From contig JAHHIK010000126.1 of NCBI GenBank assembly GCA_019358935.1, forward strand, positions 1 through 22,139: a stretch of 22,139 nt of DNA, given 5' to 3'. The notes below the pieces were generated by a model, which saw only the letters and a list, made by a program, of their open reading frames with translations, made no database searches and was not told the DNA's origin. The position numbers and the translations under genes are program-made. The stretch is from Tolypothrix carrinoi HA7290-LM1. GTDB taxonomy: Bacteria; Cyanobacteriota; Cyanobacteriia; Cyanobacteriales; Nostocaceae. Shown here one piece after another: positions 17,613-22,139 of the stretch (position 1 is the first letter of the stretch; the number at the start of each line of letters is the position of its first letter).

Positions 17613-18092
17613 ATGAAGAAAAAAATAATTTACCTAACTGTGTTCACTATAGCATCTACAGTTATAATTTTCGCTGGTAATGCAACAGCAAAAACAGACA
17701 ATAACAGGGTTGATAAAATTGATAATCTTTTTCAATTACCCTCAAATCAGCGATTTGTTAAACATACTTTCAGACTCCACGTTCCTAAGAATGGTAAGCC
17801 TCTTTCTCAGTTAATTATCGATGCACCTTCCACTGTAGCGGTAAGCAGTGACATTGATGTACTTAATGATAATGGTCAAAAGCTAAACATCAATGTTTTG
17901 GTAAATGACAGGAGAATTACTTTAAATTTTCCGGAAACAGTAACTTTCGCAACTACAAAAAAACTATTCATTTCACTCAATAAAGTGCAACAACCAACAA
18001 GTGGTTCTGATTCAATTTATAACCTTTCCATTAGAGTTGTTGGAAGTGATATTGAGATTCCCATTGGACAAGCTCAGTTCCAGACATTTTAA
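17613..18092 (+). CDS. Secreted DUF2808-like protein, paralog 2
   Basis: Signal peptide; aligns by eye with 13908-14393 (KHTFRLHVP/RHTLKLEIP, LSQLIIDAP/VSQLNVEAP, YNLS/YNIS, EIPIG/ELPIG). Confidence 0.75.
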   Translation: MKKKIIYLTVFTIASTVIIFAGNATAKTDNNRVDKIDNLFQLPSNQRFVKHTFRLHVPKNGKPLSQLIIDAPSTVAVSSDIDVLNDNGQKLNINVLVNDRRITLNFPETVTFATTKKLFISLNKVQQPTSGSDSIYNLSIRVVGSDIEIPIGQAQFQTF

Positions 18093-18121
18093 TTTTGGGA
18101 TTTGGACGGTAAACACGAAAA

Positions 18122-18155
18122 ATTTTATCTAGATTTCATCAATACCTGTCAAACT
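18122..18155 (+). promoter_or_regulatory. Direct-repeat box plus extended -10, copy 8, with no annotated downstream gene
   Basis: ATTTTAT(18122-18128) ctag ATTTCAT(18133-18139), 7 nt, TG(18147-18148), t, CAAACT(18150-18155). Confidence 0.7.
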
Positions 18156-18193
18156 AATAATTGTAGTTAGTACATACAGTTATTGAGTAAAAT

Positions 18194-18331
18194 ATGTTCG
18201 CCTTAAACAAGCCAAGGTATATAAAGTTTTTCACTTGTCTATTCCACAAAATTTACAAAAGATTCTTCATCAGGAAAATACAGTACCCACAAGAAACTAT
18301 TTTTTTTACTATCCTTTCAAATACTGGTTAA
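18194..18331 (+). CDS. Candidate 45-aa basic/aromatic small protein
   Basis: MFALNKPRYIKFFTCLFHKIYKRFFIRKIQYPQETIFFTILSNTG*; starts 38 nt after promoter copy 8 with a weak GAG upstream; below the length cut-off of the ORF track. Confidence 0.3.
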   Translation: MFALNKPRYIKFFTCLFHKIYKRFFIRKIQYPQETIFFTILSNTG

Positions 18332-18384
18332 TTGCAGCTAAAGAAGGATATTGAAACTATAGCAACGCCTAAAGCATTAACTAT

Positions 18385-18798
18385 TTAAGTTCGTTCAATA
18401 ATAGGACAAATTGTTTGTTCAGAGCTTTCAGGTATTGTTTCCCAACCCGAAAGTAGTCCTTGTAACTCTTGTCTAAGGATGAATAGTTGCCGAATTTGCT
18501 CATCAATAGCCATCAGCTTATCTTCCAGTTTCGGTTTTATGTGTTCGCATGGTAATTCACCCCCATCGTGAACATCCAAAAAATCTTTTATTTCTGATAA
18601 GGTTAACCCAAGACTTTGGGCGCGTTTGATAAAGTTCAAGCGAGCCAAAACATCGGAGTCAAACAGCCTAAATCCACCCTCAGTTCTACCGGAAACTTTA
18701 AGTAAACCTAGCTCATCATAGTAGCGAATAGTTTTAATTGATACGCCGCTTTGCTTCGCAACTGAACCAATGAGTTTTGATTTTTCTTGGACTAACAT
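18385..18798 (-). CDS. MerR-family heavy-metal-responsive transcriptional regulator
   Basis: IGSVAKQSGVSIKTIRYYDELGLL..RTEGGFRLF; RLNFIKRAQSLGLTLSEIK; ELPC84; TIC131PII; AAGGAG RBS. Confidence 0.93.
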   Translation of the reverse strand: MLVQEKSKLIGSVAKQSGVSIKTIRYYDELGLLKVSGRTEGGFRLFDSDVLARLNFIKRAQSLGLTLSEIKDFLDVHDGGELPCEHIKPKLEDKLMAIDEQIRQLFILRQELQGLLSGWETIPESSEQTICPIIERT

Positions 18799-18836
18799 AC
18801 TCAGATGCTCCTTAGCTAGATAAAACTCCTAATATT

Positions 18837-18868
18837 ATTTTAAACTCTCCAGCTAACTGGAGAGTCAA
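18837..18868 (-). promoter_or_regulatory. MerR-type operator/promoter of the merR-like gene
   Basis: Minus strand TTGACT - 20 bp - TAAAAT; perfect dyad ACTCTCCAG-N4-CTGGAGAGT (18844-18865) across the spacer. Confidence 0.85.
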
Positions 18869-18932
18869 GAGAAAACAGCATCCAGAACCTGCTTGTAGTA
18901 AACGCCGCGTGGAAACTCCCTATAAGTGCGCG

Positions 18933-19454
18933 TTACCTGACTTCCACCACACCGCGAAACATATTCATACCACAAGCAAAAGTGTATTGACCGGGTTGTT
19001 GAGGTGTAAACTCAATTGGAGTGACTTGATTGAGTTCTAAATATGAAGCAATATGAAAATCAGGCAACACAACTTGTTCTAAACAGCCACTAGGGTCGTG
19101 ACGTAAAAACTTAAGCCGCACTGGTTGACCGGCATTAACCACTACTCTACTTGGTTCATAGCCTCCGTCTACGGTAATAGTAACTTCTTGAATGCCTTGA
19201 TAAGTTTTTGCTTTTTGCGACTTAGGTTTACTGAGGAGAAACCACCATATTTCCAGTCCGATTAATCCCAAGCCACCTACTGTAACTGCACCTTTTACCC
19301 ACAGAGGTTGCTCGATACGGTGGAATTGGTTTGTTTGTGAATTTTCGCTGCTTGGCATGGAATGAGTCATCTGGGAATCTGCTTTTCCAGATGCAACACC
19401 AAACGTAAATCCCAGACTGACTAAACTGCCAATAACTGCCTTTTTAATCAACAT
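18933..19454 (-). CDS. Membrane-anchored cupredoxin-domain protein (CupA-like copper chaperone)
   Basis: GGYEPSRVVVNAGQPVRL, SGCLEQV, FACGMNMFRG; TM segment ending in EIWWFL; starts 11 nt after the ATPase stop. Confidence 0.85.
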   Translation of the reverse strand: MLIKKAVIGSLVSLGFTFGVASGKADSQMTHSMPSSENSQTNQFHRIEQPLWVKGAVTVGGLGLIGLEIWWFLLSKPKSQKAKTYQGIQEVTITVDGGYEPSRVVVNAGQPVRLKFLRHDPSGCLEQVVLPDFHIASYLELNQVTPIEFTPQQPGQYTFACGMNMFRGVVEVR

Positions 19455-19465
19455 TTGCTGTCTCC

Positions 19466-21742
19466 TTATACGATCGCTTTGGGTTTGAAATTACGCAAAC
19501 GTAAAGCATTCGTAACCACTGAAACCGAACTAAATGCCATTGCTGCGCCGGCGATAATGGGGTTAAGCAACCAACCGAAGATGGGGAAGAGAATACCAGC
19601 AGCAATTGGGATGCCGGCAACATTGTAAATAAAGGCGAAAAATAAATTTTGCCGGATGTTGCGAATTGTAGCGCGGCTGAGTTGAATGGCGGTAACGATG
19701 CTTCGTAAATCACCAGAAATAAGCGTGATGTCACTCGCAGCGATCGCTACATCTGTCCCCGTTCCAATTGCCATTCCCACATCGGCTTGTGCTAAAGCTG
19801 GTGCATCATTGATACCATCACCAACCATTGCCACAATATGCCCTTTTAATTGCAGTTTCTGCACTGTAGCAGCCTTTTGGTCGGGGCGGACTTCTGCATA
19901 TACGCGCTTTATACCAACCTCATTCGCTATCGCTTCTGCGGTGCGTTGATTGTCTCCTGTGAGCATCACCACCTCTAAACCCAGTTTTTGCAAAGCGCGA
20001 ACTGCTTGGATGGAAGTGGGTTTAATTGCATCAGCAATGCCCATCAATCCTTGAATTTTTCCGTCAACCGCAATCCAAATCGCTGTTTTACCCAAATACT
20101 CCAAACACTCTTTATCTTGCTGCAAAGGTATTGTGTCAATGCCCAATTCTTCCATCCAGCGTTGCGTACCAATTTGTACCAGATGGGCGGAAACTATACC
20201 TTGTACACCACTACCTGCAACTGCCTCAAAATCTTTAACTTGTACAGACGCGATATATCGCGTCTCTACTTCTTGAGATTGCGAGTACCTGACAACTGCT
20301 TCTGCTAGGGGATGTTCAGAATTGCGTTCCACAGATGCAGCTAGTTGCACCAACTTGATTTCGTTGCCATTGGCAGTACCGTTGACTGTGACAAAATCCG
20401 TAACTGTTGGTTTACCCTGAGTGATGGTTCCAGTTTTGTCTAGCACAATTGTTTGAATTTTGTGCGCCAATTCTAGACTTTCAGCACCTTTAATTAAAAT
20501 ACCATTTTCTGCACCTTTACCAGTTCCAACCATCACAGAAGTTGGTGTCGCTAAACCTAACGCACAAGGACAAGCGATAATTAACACTCCAACTGTAGTC
20601 AGCAGTGCTAGGGTAATGTTGCCCATGAAGTTAAACCAAATGATGAAAGTAAGTAAAGCGATCGCAATTACCGCAGGTACAAACCATCCGGTTACAGAGT
20701 CTGCTAATCTTTGAATTGGGGCCTTGCTTCCTTGTGCTTGCTGCACTAATTGGACAATCTGCGCCAGCACGGTGTTACTTCCAACTCGTGTCGCCCGAAA
20801 TTTGAAACTCCCAGTTTTGTTGATGGTGGCTCCAATAACTTCATCACCTGGTTGCTTTTTGACAGGTAAACTTTCCCCAGTTACCATCGCTTCATCAATT
20901 GTGGAAGTCCCCTCAACCACTTCCCCGTCAACGGGAATTTTTTCACCAGGGCGAACCACTACTACATCTCCAATTTGCACTTCTGCAATCGGAACATCGA
21001 TTTCTCGTCCATTGCGAATCAAACGCGCTGTTTTTGCCTGCAAACCGATGAGCTTACGAATAGCTTCTGAGGTTTGTCCTTTGGCGCGATTCTCAAACAA
21101 CCGTCCCAGTAGAATTAGGGTAATAACAACAGCAGCAGTTTCATAGTATACATCTGGCATTAAACCCTGATTGATGAAAAAGCTAGGAAAAAAAGTGGGA
21201 AACAGCGAATATAAATATGCCGCACTTGTACCCAAGGCAATCAAAGTATCCATTGTGGCAGCATGGCGTTTTAAAGCTTTCCAGGCATTGACGTAGAAAG
21301 AGTAACCACACCAAAACTGTACCGGGGTAGTTAGTATCAACTGTACCCAAGGGTTGTGCAACCATACAGGAATAAAGGGTAAGTTTAATCCCGTCATCAT
21401 TGGCAGTGAACCAATGACCAATACAATACTAATGATGCCCCCAACTGTTACCTTTGCTTTTAAATCACGGGATTCTTTTAAGCGATGTTTTTTCTCAGCA
21501 TCATCTTCTCCCGCCATCAGGTTTTGTTCTTGCAGGGGGTAAGCAGAGTAACCTACTGCATCCACCGCCTCTTGAATAACTTCTAAATCAGTTCTTCTAG
21601 GGTCATACTGAATAGTTGCCTGTTCTGCCCCAAAATTCACGATACATTCGTTGACACCGGGCACAGAACTAATTGCGTCTTCAATGCTTCTTGCACATGA
21701 GGCGCAACTCATGCCGCGTAGCTTAAGTGTAGCATTTTCCAT
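19466..21742 (-). CDS. pacS: Cu(I)-transporting P1B-1 ATPase (PacS/CopA)
   Basis: GMSCASC metal-binding domain; [33 protein letters not shown] in TM7 and MAFSS in TM8 (Cu+/Ag+ signature); ATG 21742 with AGGAG RBS. Confidence 0.93.
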   Translation of the reverse strand: MENATLKLRGMSCASCARSIEDAISSVPGVNECIVNFGAEQATIQYDPRRTDLEVIQEAVDAVGYSAYPLQEQNLMAGEDDAEKKHRLKESRDLKAKVTVGGIISIVLVIGSLPMMTGLNLPFIPVWLHNPWVQLILTTPVQFWCGYSFYVNAWKALKRHAATMDTLIALGTSAAYLYSLFPTFFPSFFINQGLMPDVYYETAAVVITLILLGRLFENRAKGQTSEAIRKLIGLQAKTARLIRNGREIDVPIAEVQIGDVVVVRPGEKIPVDGEVVEGTSTIDEAMVTGESLPVKKQPGDEVIGATINKTGSFKFRATRVGSNTVLAQIVQLVQQAQGSKAPIQRLADSVTGWFVPAVIAIALLTFIIWFNFMGNITLALLTTVGVLIIACPCALGLATPTSVMVGTGKGAENGILIKGAESLELAHKIQTIVLDKTGTITQGKPTVTDFVTVNGTANGNEIKLVQLAASVERNSEHPLAEAVVRYSQSQEVETRYIASVQVKDFEAVAGSGVQGIVSAHLVQIGTQRWMEELGIDTIPLQQDKECLEYLGKTAIWIAVDGKIQGLMGIADAIKPTSIQAVRALQKLGLEVVMLTGDNQRTAEAIANEVGIKRVYAEVRPDQKAATVQKLQLKGHIVAMVGDGINDAPALAQADVGMAIGTGTDVAIAASDITLISGDLRSIVTAIQLSRATIRNIRQNLFFAFIYNVAGIPIAAGILFPIFGWLLNPIIAGAAMAFSSVSVVTNALRLRNFKPKAIV
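20241..20270. repeat. Copy of the 30-bp GTAG palindrome inside the ATPase coding sequence
   Basis: TGTACAGACGCGATATATCGCGTCTCTACT, 28/30 identical to 4341-4370; translated as [10 protein letters not shown]. Confidence 0.88.
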
Positions 21743-21786
21743 TGTACTCCTGATTACCAAGTGGCGTTGACTAATAACTAATTTCC

Positions 21787-21818
21787 AGAATAAATGCTCC
21801 AGTTTGCTGGAGAGTCAA
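21787..21818 (-). promoter_or_regulatory. MerR-type operator/promoter of the ATPase-cupredoxin operon
   Basis: Minus strand TTGACT - 20 bp - TATTCT; dyad CTCCAG-N4-CTGGAG (21797-21812); near-copy of the site at 18837-18868. Confidence 0.85.
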
Positions 21819-22139
21819 CAGATGTGTAGAAAATTTTTGATTATTCTGGTCAAATACTTGGAATAGCTGAAATTAGCTACAGGTAGAGTTTTGAAGACAG
21901 TGGTTGCTTTAGGGTTCCGATCAGTATTGAATCTACTCATTTTTTTACAGTTTTTCCACTTGATCGCGCAGTCATTGTGTGCACATTCACGGTGATTTGT
22001 AATTTGACTGCATCTATTAACCCAAGTTGCGGGTTATCGATTGATACGGCTTGTGATCACTCAATTCATGCGATCGCGTACAACAAAGTGGCGTTGGTGC
22101 GTAGCGCCAACGTGCCGATGCCGTTGTTACCAGTATTCA

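Larger units (their letters stand above)
928..22077. repeat. HIP1 octamer GCGATCGC dispersed across the window
   Basis: Seen at 928, 1582, 1588, 2379, 3014, 3594, 7186, 10677, 12722, 13555, 15576, 16332, 16373, 19740, 20658, 22070 (manual count, may be incomplete); hallmark of many cyanobacterial genomes. Confidence 0.9.

Noticed and set aside
476..18155. Repeated ATTTCAT units as a CRISPR array or as recombination (att-like) cassette sites
   Set aside because: Copies are kilobases apart, not palindromic, have no spacer structure and no cas or integrase gene nearby; the fixed 10-nt distance to a -10 element fits activator-dependent promoters
852..21542. Numerous 60-194 aa ORFs antisense or out of frame within the long genes (e.g. 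852-1169, 5217-5516, 9251-9835, 12652-13155, 19444-19734, 20724-21146)
   Set aside because: They overlap well-supported genes and show no recognisable motifs; they are typical shadow ORFs of membrane-protein codon usage
15074..21760. ORF-track starts at 814, 15074 and 21760 (TTG) and the ORFs 8060-8341, 16763-16981 and 17045-17473 as separate genes
   Set aside because: Better ATG starts exist at 826, 15113 and 21742; the three short ORFs are fragments of the xisH and pxcA pseudogenes
22092..22112. Hairpin CGTTGGTGC-GTA-GCGCCAACG and a possible minus-strand ORF end at the right edge
   Set aside because: Single short hairpin without a U-tract, truncated by the window edge; could be a small dispersed repeat but there is no second copy here to support it

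Overview
AT-rich cyanobacterial DNA, probably Nostocales (at least 16 HIP1 GCGATCGC sites, xisHI, pxcA, DUF2808-like genes), carrying a heavy-metal homeostasis island made of two convergent modules. The + strand module encodes: a SulP anion transporter, an RND periplasmic adaptor, two paralogous CusA/CzcA-family pumps separated by an antisense xisH(pseudo)/xisI pair, a His-rich lipoprotein, a CDF exporter, a DUF2808-like protein, an RppA/RppB (CopRS/NrsRS-type) two-component system, a pxcA/cemA pseudogene and a second DUF2808-like protein. The - strand module encodes a PacS/CopA Cu(I) P1B-ATPase, a CupA-like cupredoxin and a MerR regulator. The strongest hidden signal is regulatory. Eight copies of one promoter cassette (ATTTCAT-N4-ATTTCAT-N7-TG-N-NAnnnT) lie in front of nearly every + strand transcription unit, including non-metal genes (SulP, pxcA, both DUF2808-like genes) and an unannotated 45-codon ORF. 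Two MerR operators with 20-bp-spacer promoters serve the - strand module. Small palindromic repeats and MITE-like elements occur between genes, and repeat-derived sequence sits in-frame inside the ATPase and probably the first RND pump. All family assignments come from motif recognition by eye; no database search was run.
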